Of a stretch of DNA of 64,000 nucleotides, positions 29,125 to 38,590 are shown in pieces; position 1 is the stretch's first letter, and every line of letters starts with the position of its first letter. Both the position numbers and the translations under genes were made by a program. Origin of the DNA: Kiritimatiellia bacterium (GTDB taxonomy: Bacteria > Verrucomicrobiota > Kiritimatiellia > JAAZAB01); assembly GCA_028718125.1 (NCBI GenBank), contig JAQUMN010000017.1:8401-72400 (forward strand), written 5' to 3'. Under the pieces are notes generated by a model. It had not been told where the DNA came from and searched no databases. It worked only from the letters and a program-made list of their open reading frames with translations.

Positions 29125-29187
29125 CGATTTCCGATTTCTAATTTCTAATTTCTAATTTCTAATTTCTAATTTCTAATTTCTAATTTC
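29125..29187. repeat. Heptanucleotide microsatellite: 7 perfect AATTTCT units plus degenerate flanking units (GATTTCC, GATTTCT at the 5' end; AATTTCA at the 3' end); fills the divergent aminotransferase/AraC promoter region
   Basis: Read directly. It begins 13 nt from the aminotransferase start codon and ends ~25 nt before the AraC ORF. Confidence 0.9.
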
Positions 29188-29213
29188 AACCTACTCTATT
29201 TCGCTGGGTTAAA

Positions 29214-30236
29214 ATGGCAATGGACGGGCAGGTAAATTATTTGTATTATCTTGCAATGGCTAAACAAGCGATTGCTGCGAATGCGAAGGGGTATGGTTGG
29301 ACTTGGCTGACGGTGCCGGCGGAGATGCCTGTGCTGGTCAACGCGACTCGCGCGGTTGGGATGGCGTCGCATTCGAGCCGGGGTGTCCGGCACAGCAATC
29401 CATACTGGGTGCTTGATTACAGTTTATCGGACTTGGGGTTGTTCAAGGTGGGACGGCGGACGGCTCCCTGGCTTCGTCATGCGGCCGGCGAAGCCCTGTT
29501 GTATCCGCCGCATACGCCCTACTGGGAGGACATGAGTTCAGTCAAGCCGCCGATTCGCAATGCCTGGCTGATGTTCTGCGGCGGTCCGGGCGCGGGTCTG
29601 GATACGCTGGTGAGGAGCGCGGCCGGCTATGCGCGATTTGTAGATCCCGAAGGCCGCTTGGGGCGTCTGATTGAGCAGGCGGCTGAAGTCGGGCAGCTTG
29701 AAGGGGACGGCGGTTTCTGGAAGGCCATGGGATTATTGTGCGAGGCTCTGGATTTGCTGCGGCATAGTGTGCCGATCAATGTTGATACCTACCGGATCCC
29801 GGCGACTATTTTGCCGGAGACGCCGACGCTGGCCACGGCAGTAACGGCCTACCTGCGCGAGCATATGGCCCAACGTCTTTCGCTGGGGATAATGGCGGGG
29901 CATCTGCATGTCAGCGTCTCGACGCTTTCGCATAGGTATCGCGCCGAAACGGGCGAGTCGCCGATCGCCACGCTCATTCGCCTGCGTATTCAGCAGGCCC
30001 GGAATCTCTTGATGAAAGGCCAGCGCCTTAAAACGATTGCCGCAACGCTCGGCTTCAGCGACGTCTATCACCTTTCCAAAATGTTCAAGCGCGTGGAAGG
30101 CCGCTCTCCCCGTCAATTTGTGAAAGCGATCAATGCGCCGCCCGGTCCGCAGCGCCCGGCTGCCGCGCGTGCAGGTCGTGTATGCGCAAGCGCGGGAAGC
30201 CCGCAGACGACCCGGGATCGCCGCCGAATTTTGTGA
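29214..30236 (+). CDS. AraC-family transcriptional regulator
   Basis: C-terminal AraC HTH ('IATLIRLRIQQARNLL...IAATLGFSDVYHLSKMFKRVEGRSPRQF'). The N-terminal domain is ligand-binding-like. The start could instead be 29259. Confidence 0.8.
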   Translation: MAMDGQVNYLYYLAMAKQAIAANAKGYGWTWLTVPAEMPVLVNATRAVGMASHSSRGVRHSNPYWVLDYSLSDLGLFKVGRRTAPWLRHAAGEALLYPPHTPYWEDMSSVKPPIRNAWLMFCGGPGAGLDTLVRSAAGYARFVDPEGRLGRLIEQAAEVGQLEGDGGFWKAMGLLCEALDLLRHSVPINVDTYRIPATILPETPTLATAVTAYLREHMAQRLSLGIMAGHLHVSVSTLSHRYRAETGESPIATLIRLRIQQARNLLMKGQRLKTIAATLGFSDVYHLSKMFKRVEGRSPRQFVKAINAPPGPQRPAAARAGRVCASAGSPQTTRDRRRIL

Positions 30237-30309
30237 ACCGAATGTGTGCCACGAACCACTTGGAACAAAAATACGACGAAGGAAGTAGACAATCATCATA
30301 GGAGGCGCC

Positions 30310-31488
30310 ATGAATAAGAACCTGGATTACACCATCACGCGCGATGTTCTCTCCGAAGGCTCCGATGGCCGCACCCAATGGTTCCAGCCCCGCGCGGCCA
30401 TCCTGCCGCCGAATTCGGCGGTGATCATGATGACTCGGTCCATCCTGTCGGGCAGTGATTTATTTACCGCCATCCAGTCCATGCAGTCGGATGACGGGGG
30501 CCGGACCTGGTCAAAACCGGTGGCGCATCCGGCCACTCTGGGCCGGCACCTCGAACCCGAGGGCACCGAAGTGGTGCCGTGCGATATGACCCCCGCCTGG
30601 CACGCGGCTTCGGGAAAACTGCTGGCCACGGGACATACGTGCCGCTATTTAAACGGCAAACATGCCCCGCCCCCGCAGCGCCGCGAAACCCCATATGCCA
30701 TCTATGATCCTGACACCCGCGCCTGGTCGCCCTGGCGCCACCTGGATCTGCCCGACCGTGACGGAAAGTTCTTCAATGCGGGCGCCGGCTGTACCCAGCG
30801 CGTCGACCTGGCGAACGGTGACATCCTGTTGCCCATTTATTTTATACCTCGCGCGGCGACGCACGACTCCAGGCATAACTGCTATTACGCCACCGTGGTG
30901 CGCTGTGGTTTTGACGGCGCCACCCTCCGCTACCTGGAACAAGGCGACGAACTGACTTGTCCGGATCCGCGCGGCTTTTGTGAGCCGTCCCTGGTCCGTT
31001 TCCAGGGTCTTTTTTATCTGACCTTGCGCAATGACGTGCGCGGCTATGTGACCGTGGGTGAAGACGGACTTCACTTCCAGCCGCCCCGGCCGTGGACGTT
31101 TGACGACCGCCAGGAACTGGGCAGTTACAACACCCAGCAACACTGGGTGGCCCACAGCGAAGGATTATTTCTGGTTTACACCCGGCGCGGCGCCGACAAT
31201 GACCATGTTATCCGGCATCGCGCGCCGCTGTTCATGGCGCGCGTGGATACCGAGCGCCTGTGCGTGTTAAGGGAAACCGAGCGAATCCTTTTGCCGGAAA
31301 AGGGAGCTCAGTTCGGTAATTTCGGGACCGTGAACGCCTCCGCAGACGAATCATGGGTCACTGATGCCGAGGGACTGCAAGGCGACGCAAAAAAGCCCAT
31401 GGACATTGCACGCACGATCCAACGGGGCGCTGCCAACCGGCTTTACCTCTGCCGGTTGCGATGGAACCGGCCCAATCGCCTGGCATAA
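30310..31488 (+). CDS. BNR/Asp-box repeat protein, sialidase (exo-alpha-sialidase)-like six-bladed propeller, cytoplasmic
   Basis: Asp-box 'SDDGGRTW' with no signal peptide. A 'GGAGG' SD lies upstream. Confidence 0.6.
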   Translation: MNKNLDYTITRDVLSEGSDGRTQWFQPRAAILPPNSAVIMMTRSILSGSDLFTAIQSMQSDDGGRTWSKPVAHPATLGRHLEPEGTEVVPCDMTPAWHAASGKLLATGHTCRYLNGKHAPPPQRRETPYAIYDPDTRAWSPWRHLDLPDRDGKFFNAGAGCTQRVDLANGDILLPIYFIPRAATHDSRHNCYYATVVRCGFDGATLRYLEQGDELTCPDPRGFCEPSLVRFQGLFYLTLRNDVRGYVTVGEDGLHFQPPRPWTFDDRQELGSYNTQQHWVAHSEGLFLVYTRRGADNDHVIRHRAPLFMARVDTERLCVLRETERILLPEKGAQFGNFGTVNASADESWVTDAEGLQGDAKKPMDIARTIQRGAANRLYLCRLRWNRPNRLA

Positions 31489-31611
31489 AACAGGAAAACA
31501 AAACCGGTTGGATAGTCGCTCATAGGTAACAGTTAAACAAGCGATCGTGAAGCTAACTGTTACATGAAAAATCGGCACGTTTTACGTGCAGGTGGCGGGA
31601 AGTGACGCTTT

Positions 31612-32442
31612 TTACCGCCGGCGGAACGCCAGCGACAGAATAAAAAACAACATGGCCCACAGGACAATGGTGGCGCCGGTGGCCGTCCCCCAATAGAATG
31701 AAGTTATCAATCCCAAAACGCCGGCCAGCGCGCTGATGACCACCGCGCCCAGCACGTAAGCTGCCATGTTGCGCGCCATGTTGCGCGAGGCCGCGGCCGG
31801 CACGATCAGCAGGGCGTTGATCACCAGCAGGCCGACCAGGGGAATGGTGATGGTCACCGCCAGCGCGACGATTACGGCAAAAAAAGTTTCCAGACGCCAG
31901 ACAGGAAATCCGCGCGCCTTGGCCAATGAGCGATTCAAACAGGCAAAAAATAGCGGGTTAAAAAAGGTCAGCCACACACCGGCCACCAATACGAGCAAAA
32001 GCACAAGCCGCAGGATCTCAAACGGGGTAATTGTCAGCAGATCGCCGATCAGGTAACGGGAATAACGCGCAAATCCTCCGCCCCGCGACAGCAGGACCAC
32101 GCCCAGCGCCACGGCAAACGCCATCATGAGCGCGATAATAGTATCGGTTGAAGCAGAACTGTAGCGGCGCAAAACGGAGACGAGGATGGCCAGCACAGTG
32201 GCAAAGGCCAGCATGGTCCAGAGCGGATCAGCCAGCCCCGCCAGCGCGCCGATGGCAATGCCCGTCAGGGCCGCATGCCCGATAGCGTCGGAAAAAAACG
32301 CCATCTGGTTGCTGATGACCAGGCATCCGATCAGCGCAAAGAGCGGCGCGATCAAAAGCACGGCCAGCAGGGCATTCTGCATGAACGTGAATTGCGCCCA
32401 CTCAAGCGGCAAATACGCGATGATGTGATAACACAATGTCAT
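31612..32442 (-). CDS. Metal ABC transporter permease (ZnuB/MntB/TroCD 'ABC-3' family)
   Basis: 276 aa with ~8 TM helices. It overlaps the upstream ATPase gene by 4 nt. Confidence 0.75.
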   Translation of the reverse strand: MTLCYHIIAYLPLEWAQFTFMQNALLAVLLIAPLFALIGCLVISNQMAFFSDAIGHAALTGIAIGALAGLADPLWTMLAFATVLAILVSVLRRYSSASTDTIIALMMAFAVALGVVLLSRGGGFARYSRYLIGDLLTITPFEILRLVLLLVLVAGVWLTFFNPLFFACLNRSLAKARGFPVWRLETFFAVIVALAVTITIPLVGLLVINALLIVPAAASRNMARNMAAYVLGAVVISALAGVLGLITSFYWGTATGATIVLWAMLFFILSLAFRRR

Positions 32443-33263
32443 GGATGGTGTTGCACCGGCTGCTCAAACCGGTTTCCCAGTTGTTGAATAGCCGCGTTGG
32501 TCAGGTCAATTCCGAAAGTCTGGCGGATGCACGGGCCCGCGAGCACTTCATGCGGCGATCCGTCGCATAGAATGGTGCGGTTCAAAAAAATCATACGGTC
32601 GGCAAAACGGGCCGCCGTCGGGATGTCGTGCGAAACAAGCAGGATCGAAAGATCGAAGGTCCGGCGCAATTCGGAAACCATGCGGTAGAAAAGGTCAATG
32701 CCCGCAGGATCCACGCCCGATACCGGCTCGTCCAGGAGCAGGAGGTCGGGAACCGGTATCAAGGCCAGGGCCAGCAGGACCCGCTGGAGCTGGCCGCAGG
32801 AGAGTTGGCCCAGGCGCTGGTCGAGCAGGGCATGGGCGTTGACCACGGAGAGCATGTCGGAAGCTTTCATGCGGATCGCGGCGGAATGGCCCAGCCAGAT
32901 CGGACGGCGCGCCAGGGCTCCGGCAAACAAATCCAACACGGTGACCGGCGCCAGGGGGTCAATATCGAGCTTCTGGGGAACATACCCGATCCGCGGATGA
33001 ATAAAGCGTTCTTCGCTGCTCGCGTGAACAAAATGGAGCGCTCCGGTATAGGGCAACTCGCCCAGCATGGCGCGGAACAGCGTGGTTTTCCCGGCGCCGT
33101 TTGGGCCAAGGAGCACGGTCAGTTCGCCGCAATGCACGTGCAGGTTGATGGCTTCCAGGATCACGCCCCCCCCAAGCTGCACGCCGAAGTTGATCAGCCG
33201 CGTGCAACATCCGCCGCAGGAGGACCCCGAGACGACTGACTCTTGTTTGAGTGCCGATATCAT
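32439..33263 (-). CDS. Metal ABC transporter ATP-binding protein (ZnuC-like)
   Basis: Walker A 'GPNGAGKTT', signature 'LSCGQLQR' and Walker B 'LLLLDEP'. Confidence 0.8.
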   Translation of the reverse strand: MISALKQESVVSGSSCGGCCTRLINFGVQLGGGVILEAINLHVHCGELTVLLGPNGAGKTTLFRAMLGELPYTGALHFVHASSEERFIHPRIGYVPQKLDIDPLAPVTVLDLFAGALARRPIWLGHSAAIRMKASDMLSVVNAHALLDQRLGQLSCGQLQRVLLALALIPVPDLLLLDEPVSGVDPAGIDLFYRMVSELRRTFDLSILLVSHDIPTAARFADRMIFLNRTILCDGSPHEVLAGPCIRQTFGIDLTNAAIQQLGNRFEQPVQHHP

Positions 33264-33537
33264 GACTGCAAAAAGAATGCGGGATTCAGCGCCGATTTAC
33301 AAACATTTTTAGTAACTACCGAACTACCCGCAATTGTTAACTACGAAACACGCGAAAATCGCGAAAGATACTCCTGCAAAGCGCAGGAGGATTGGTAGAC
33401 CTCCAAACAGGTCCCGACTATTCGACAGCTTTTCTTCTTAAACAGAATTCCTGTTCCCATTTTCGTGCCTTTCGCGTATTTCGTAATTTTCTTCCCTGAT
33501 GGCAGGCGCTGCGTAGTTGACGTTTTTATTCAGGGGC

Positions 33538-34416
33538 CTATTTACCGAGCGCCTGCTCCAGTGTCTGCAGGTTGGCCTGCATTATGGCAAGATAAGCGTC
33601 GGCCGTCATCGGGCCGGTGACCACGGGATCAAGGCGATACACGCTGGCGCCCGTTTCGCGGGCGATGGCGTCCGCCGCCTTGGCCGAATACTGGGGTTCG
33701 GCAAAAATGGCTTTGACGCCGGTCTTCTTCACAAGAGTTATGGCTTGGGCCAGCTCGCGGGCGCTCGGTTCCGAGCCCGGCTCGCGCTCGATCACGGCTA
33801 CTACAGTCAATCCGAATTCCCGGGCGAAGTAGGGGAAGGCTTCGTGAAAAGTGATGATGTCGCGGGTCTTGACGTTCTGTAACCCCGCGTGCATGGTCGC
33901 GCGGAGCGTTTCCAGTCTGGCAAGGTAAGCGGAAGCATTCTTTCGATACAAGTTTACGTGATCCGGATCGAGGCGCTCCAAGCCCGCGGCAATGTTCTCC
34001 ACCTGTTGCATGTGCAGTTTCACGCTGACCCACACGTGCGGATTGGCAACGCCCGCGGTGGACATTAAGGAAATTCCCTCGCTGGCCTGGATTAGCTTAA
34101 GCCTTGGGACCTGCTGGATGGCCTTATCCAGAAAAGTCTCCATGCCCGCCCCGTTGACAACGAAAATGTCTGCCTTCTCCAGTGTGACGAGGTCCCCCGG
34201 GGTCATCTGGTAATCATGCAGGCATCCCGTAAAAGGCCGGGTCATGTTTATCACCTCAACTCCGGGGATGTCCCGGGCCACATTGAGCGTTGCCAGGTAG
34301 ATGGGGTAAAACGAGGTGACGATTCTCAGTCCGGCTGCGTTTGCGCTGCCGGCCAGGGATAGAAGGCAGGCGGCAGCTATGGCCGGCCAATATCGGTAGA
34401 GCAACCCTGAATTCAT
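33538..34416 (-). CDS. Metal ABC transporter substrate-binding protein (ZnuA/TroA family)
   Basis: Start placed at 'MNSGLLYRYWPAIAAACLLSLAGSANA' (signal peptide). 'TSFYPIYLATLNVA' and the 'HVW' motif are typical. Confidence 0.7.
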   Translation of the reverse strand: MNSGLLYRYWPAIAAACLLSLAGSANAAGLRIVTSFYPIYLATLNVARDIPGVEVINMTRPFTGCLHDYQMTPGDLVTLEKADIFVVNGAGMETFLDKAIQQVPRLKLIQASEGISLMSTAGVANPHVWVSVKLHMQQVENIAAGLERLDPDHVNLYRKNASAYLARLETLRATMHAGLQNVKTRDIITFHEAFPYFAREFGLTVVAVIEREPGSEPSARELAQAITLVKKTGVKAIFAEPQYSAKAADAIARETGASVYRLDPVVTGPMTADAYLAIMQANLQTLEQALGK

Positions 34417-34632
34417 AAAGCCATACAATAAACGTATTGGCCGCAAAGGGACACAAAAAAATTCAAGAGTTGGAGTGGCCGAAAAGCTGATTGCCCTGCC
34501 TGACCGCCAAAAATTCTCGCTATGGCGCAACCATGTCGCTATGTTTAACAGACACATCAGGCTCGGTGCTTTGCCGGGTGCAGGCGCCCATTGAAAGTGG
34601 CGTGGAAAAGACAACAACCAGATAGAAGGAAA

Positions 34633-35886
34633 ATGAACATGTCCGTCAGCCGGCATGATCGGGATGTTTTAAGGCGGCTTGCGAGGCGAAAGGCTGAAAT
34701 CGCGGCTTTGCCCATTCAGCAGGTGCGCAGGAAAATGTGGACGCGCCTTAACCAGCTTGAAAAAGCCAGGCCCATGGTTTGGATATTTGAGGTGCCCTGG
34801 CACGAGATGAACGTGAATGACGAATTAACGCTTCAATGCGAGAGTGAGTTCTGCCGGAAATTTGAGTTCGGCCTGCGCAAAGAGCTATATCAATGGGACC
34901 ATATGCAGGGCGACATGGTGGTCCATCCGGTCATTCCGGTAAATCCGGTGGTGCAGGATACCGGCGTCGGGTTAGTCGAAGAGGTTGATGTTGTGCAGAC
35001 GGATACGGCCAGCGACGTTGTTTCCCGTCACTTTCACGTCCAAATTCAGAATGAAGATGATATCCGGAAAATTAAAATGCCCGAGGTCACGCTGGACCAG
35101 GACGCCTGGGATCGTAACTATAGCCTGGTCAACGGGATTTTTGACGGCATTATTCCCGTGGTGAAGACCGGCATCAACGGAACAACTATTGCCCCGTGGG
35201 ATTTTCTGGTCCGCCTGACGGGGGTTGACAACCTTCTCATGGATCTGAGTATGCGACCGGACTATGTGCACAAGCTCATTGACCGGATGACCCAGGCATG
35301 CATTTGCAGGCTGGAACAATACGAGGCCCTTAACCTTCTGGCGCTTAATAATGAAACGTGGCTAGGCGGCGGCCCTCAGTTCACGGATGAACTGCCGCAA
35401 GCGGACTGGAATCCCGCAAAGATCAGGCCGATTGACATGTGGGGGCGCACCATGTCGCAAATCTTCTCCGCGGTATCGCCGGCCATGCATGAGGAGTTTG
35501 CGCTCCAGTATGAATGCCGTTGGCTCAGTCGGTTCGGGCTGACGTATTACGGGTGCTGCGATCCGCTGGATAGAAAGGTCGGCATTCTGCGCAAGCACGT
35601 GCCGAACCTGCGGAAAATCTCGATGAGCCCGTGGATCAATCTCGACGTGGCGATTGAAAACGTCGGGACGGATTATGTGTTTTCGCTAAAAACCAGCCCG
35701 GCGGTCCTCGCCGAAAACACCTGGCATCCCGATGCCGTCCGGCGCGACCTGGAGCTGACGCTCAGCCGTCTTAAGGGGCTCCACGTGGAGATCATTATGA
35801 AGGACATCAGCACGGTCTGTTATAAACCGCAGCGCCTTTGGGAATGGGCGGAAATAGCAATGGCTGCAGCGGCCAAATACGCATGA
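34633..35886 (+). CDS. Hypothetical protein, possibly uroporphyrinogen-decarboxylase (URO-D/MtaA)-like TIM barrel
   Basis: SD 'AGGAAAATGAAC' precedes the ATG. The family call is a weak fold-level resemblance only. Confidence 0.35.
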   Translation: MNMSVSRHDRDVLRRLARRKAEIAALPIQQVRRKMWTRLNQLEKARPMVWIFEVPWHEMNVNDELTLQCESEFCRKFEFGLRKELYQWDHMQGDMVVHPVIPVNPVVQDTGVGLVEEVDVVQTDTASDVVSRHFHVQIQNEDDIRKIKMPEVTLDQDAWDRNYSLVNGIFDGIIPVVKTGINGTTIAPWDFLVRLTGVDNLLMDLSMRPDYVHKLIDRMTQACICRLEQYEALNLLALNNETWLGGGPQFTDELPQADWNPAKIRPIDMWGRTMSQIFSAVSPAMHEEFALQYECRWLSRFGLTYYGCCDPLDRKVGILRKHVPNLRKISMSPWINLDVAIENVGTDYVFSLKTSPAVLAENTWHPDAVRRDLELTLSRLKGLHVEIIMKDISTVCYKPQRLWEWAEIAMAAAAKYA

Positions 35887-36017
35887 CAATTAATTTGCTG
35901 CGGAGGTCCGGTGATAAGCCGCCATGCAGACGGAGTGCGAAGCCCCGAATTGCATGCTCCCGGGGTTCTCCGTTGGCAGCATTTATGATCATATTGCCTG
36001 GCGATCATTTAACATCC

Positions 36018-37271
36018 ATGTTTAAATTTTTGCATTTCCTGCACCACAAACGCAAACCGGTTCTCGGCGCACTGGAGATATTGAAATATATCGGACCGGG
36101 GTTGCTTGTTACTGTCGGGTTTATCGACCCGGGCAATTGGGCGGCCAACCTGGCCGCCGGCGCCGGCTATGGGTATAGCCTCCTCTGGATGGTGACGCTT
36201 TCCACCCTCATGCTGGTTTTATTGCAGCATAACGTGGCTCACCTTGGCATTGCCACGGGGCTTTGCCTTTCGGAAGCGGCAACCTTGCATTTACCACGCC
36301 GGGCTTCGGTGCCGGTGCTTGTTTCTGCCATGGCCGCATCGGTTTCCACATCGCTGGCGGAAATACTGGGGGGTGCTATAGCCTTGGGCATGCTCTTCGA
36401 TATGCCGCTGAAGATTGGCGCCGTGATCATGCTGATAACGGTAGCGACGCTTATCTTTAGCAATTCCTATAGACGGCTGGAAAAATGGATCATCGGGTTT
36501 GTTTCCATCATCGGCCTTTCTTTTGTATATGAGCTGTCGATGGTGACTATCGATTGGGGCCAGGCGGCAGCGGGCTGGGTAAAACCTTTCATCCCGGAAG
36601 GATCCATGCTTGTAATCATGAGCGTACTTGGCGCCGTGGTGATGCCGCATAATCTTTTTCTGCATTCGGAGATTATTCAGAGCCGCCAATGGAATCGCGA
36701 AGACGAGGCGGTGATAAAGAAACAGCTCAAATACGAATTTCTTGATACGTTCTTTTCGATGATGGTTGGCTGGGCCATCAACAGCGCCATGATCCTGATG
36801 GCTGCCGCTACATTCTTTCACCATGCCATACCGGTAACGGAACTGCAGCAGGCCCAGCAAATGCTGGCGCCATTGCTGGGTCAGAGTGCATCGGCCATAT
36901 TTGCCATCGCTTTACTCTTCGCGGGGATAGCCTCGAGCATTACTTCGGGAATGGCCGGCGGCTGCATATTTTCGGGCTTTTTCCGCGAGCCGCTCGACCT
37001 GAAGGACAACCACAGCCGCTTGGGCGTATGTATTTCGCTCGTCTTTGCCGCGGCGATTGTCTTTTTGATCAGCAATCCATTCAAAGGCTTGATTATCTCG
37101 CAGATGATCCTGAGCATCCAGTTGCCGTTTACAATTTTCCTGCAAATTTACCTCACTTCATCCCGGAAGGTTATGGGCAAATACGCAAATTCAAGATGGT
37201 TTAACTTTGTGCTTTTACTGGTGGGAATGGTCGTTACTTGTCTCAATATCCGTTTGTTGATGAGTTTTTGA
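36018..37271 (+). CDS. mntH: Nramp-family divalent metal (Mn2+/Fe2+):H+ symporter
   Basis: 'GPGLLVTVGFIDPGNWAANLAAGAGYGYSLLWMV' is the Nramp DPGN signature. Start placed at 'MFKFLHF'. Confidence 0.8.
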   Translation: MFKFLHFLHHKRKPVLGALEILKYIGPGLLVTVGFIDPGNWAANLAAGAGYGYSLLWMVTLSTLMLVLLQHNVAHLGIATGLCLSEAATLHLPRRASVPVLVSAMAASVSTSLAEILGGAIALGMLFDMPLKIGAVIMLITVATLIFSNSYRRLEKWIIGFVSIIGLSFVYELSMVTIDWGQAAAGWVKPFIPEGSMLVIMSVLGAVVMPHNLFLHSEIIQSRQWNREDEAVIKKQLKYEFLDTFFSMMVGWAINSAMILMAAATFFHHAIPVTELQQAQQMLAPLLGQSASAIFAIALLFAGIASSITSGMAGGCIFSGFFREPLDLKDNHSRLGVCISLVFAAAIVFLISNPFKGLIISQMILSIQLPFTIFLQIYLTSSRKVMGKYANSRWFNFVLLLVGMVVTCLNIRLLMSF

Positions 37272-38265
37272 CAAGGGATATGAAGTTCAAGGGGGTAGGG
37301 ATAGACAGCCTGTCCGCGCGTTAGACGCTTCCCCATTACGATACACGTTTTTGCATGTATAAATATAAATATAAGTTCGAAATGCTTGTTGCGGAGATCG
37401 TTAAACGTTGCCTTATCCTCCCCTTCTAACGAAGGCAACTGGGCGGCATGCAACCGTGTGGCGAATTTGGTTTCCGCCGGAGGCGGATTCGCAAAAGCAA
37501 GGCAAGCTTGGGCTGGATGTGGGTGCGCCGCGCGAAGCATAGGACTTAACTCCATGCGAGCGCGGCAAACTCGCAGGCGGCCCAAGATCGCCGCCGCCCT
37601 TTGCGAACCTAATTCGCCACACTGCCGAGGGAAGAAACATAATTGGATTGCGGGCGCTTAGCCCGCCTTAAGGCATTAAGTGCATTACCGTAAAATCCTG
37701 CGGCACAGGGCGGCTGAAACAAAATCTTGAAAAGGCCGGCTTGGGTGATATCCTGATTGACGTGAAGCATACCCCTATTTTAACCGGGAGTTTTCTTTTA
37801 CTCCTGTTTGCCATCGGTATCGTTCTGTTACCGGTCTGGCATAAAGCCAACCTGGGCGCTTTCTCCGCCATGCTAACGCAAGGCGCCTCGAATGCGCCGA
37901 TCAAGAAAAACAACGAAAGCGGAAAAGCTTCCCGCACGGAACACAACACGGCGACATGCATGATTTGCCGTGTGGCAAGCATGGCCTTTGCATCGCCAAC
38001 GCCGGCGGTTATCCCCGCCATTGGAACGTTATTCATTCTTGGATTTATTCATCCGTCTAACGTTGTCGCGTCCCGCGTCTTTCTTGCCCTGCCTCCCGTT
38101 CGCGCTCCGCCGCCCGCACATTCCTGACGGTCATTCGGCAACATCGTTCGGTGGACATATTCATCAATCCCGGGAGTGTTTGTTCGTGGTCAAGAAATCG
38201 GTTGTTTTGTTCGACCGAATTGATCGGAAACGGGCCGGCGCACCTTCATGGGTTAATGGGCAAGC

Positions 38266-38277
38266 AATAATTGATTA
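38266..38277. promoter_or_regulatory. Candidate Fur/metalloregulator box (ATAAT-TG-ATTAT palindrome) ~77 nt upstream of feoA
   Basis: AT-rich inverted repeat 'AATAATTGATTATCG' in a GC-rich background. feoAB is classically Fur-controlled. Confidence 0.3.
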
Positions 38278-38353
38278 TCGCGACGACAATAGCTCCTTGA
38301 ACGCACTCAGCTTGGGCGTGGGGATTAATGCGCGCTTCTAATGGTAACTTGCC

Positions 38354-38590
38354 ATGAATGAAACAACGCTCGCGCTGCTGAAACAGGGTGACAAGGCAAC
38401 CGTCGTGGCCTTGCAAGGCGGTGGCGGCTTTCAACACCGAGTTCGAAGCGTTGGTTTGAAAGAGGGCAAACTGCTCCGCGTGGTCGCCAGGCATCATTTT
38501 TCAGGCCCGTTGGTTGTGGAAATCGAGCGGCGCCATATCACCATCGGACGGGGAATGGCTCGGAAAATTGTTGTTGCGCAGGTGCCATGA
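38354..38590 (+). CDS. feoA: Ferrous iron transport protein A
   Basis: 78 aa, SH3-like FeoA ('KGDKATVVAL...GLKEGKLLRVV'). Its stop overlaps the feoB start. Confidence 0.8.
   Translation: MNETTLALLKQGDKATVVALQGGGGFQHRVRSVGLKEGKLLRVVARHHFSGPLVVEIERRHITIGRGMARKIVVAQVP

Noticed and set aside
34417-34632. Zur box in the znuA / URO-D-like divergent promoter
   Set aside because: Only weak partial palindromes (ATGT...ACAT) are present, and none convincingly matches a Zur consensus.
35887-36017. Possible Mn riboswitch (yybP-ykoY) or MntR box upstream of mntH
   Set aside because: I could not recognise the conserved yybP-ykoY core or a clear palindromic MntR/Fur box by eye. This needs an Infernal/FIMO scan.
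37741-38127. 128-aa ORF with hydrophobic segments in the mntH-feoA spacer
   Set aside because: It requires a TTG start, has atypical composition, and has no recognisable family. Kept only as a possibility under the spacer finding.
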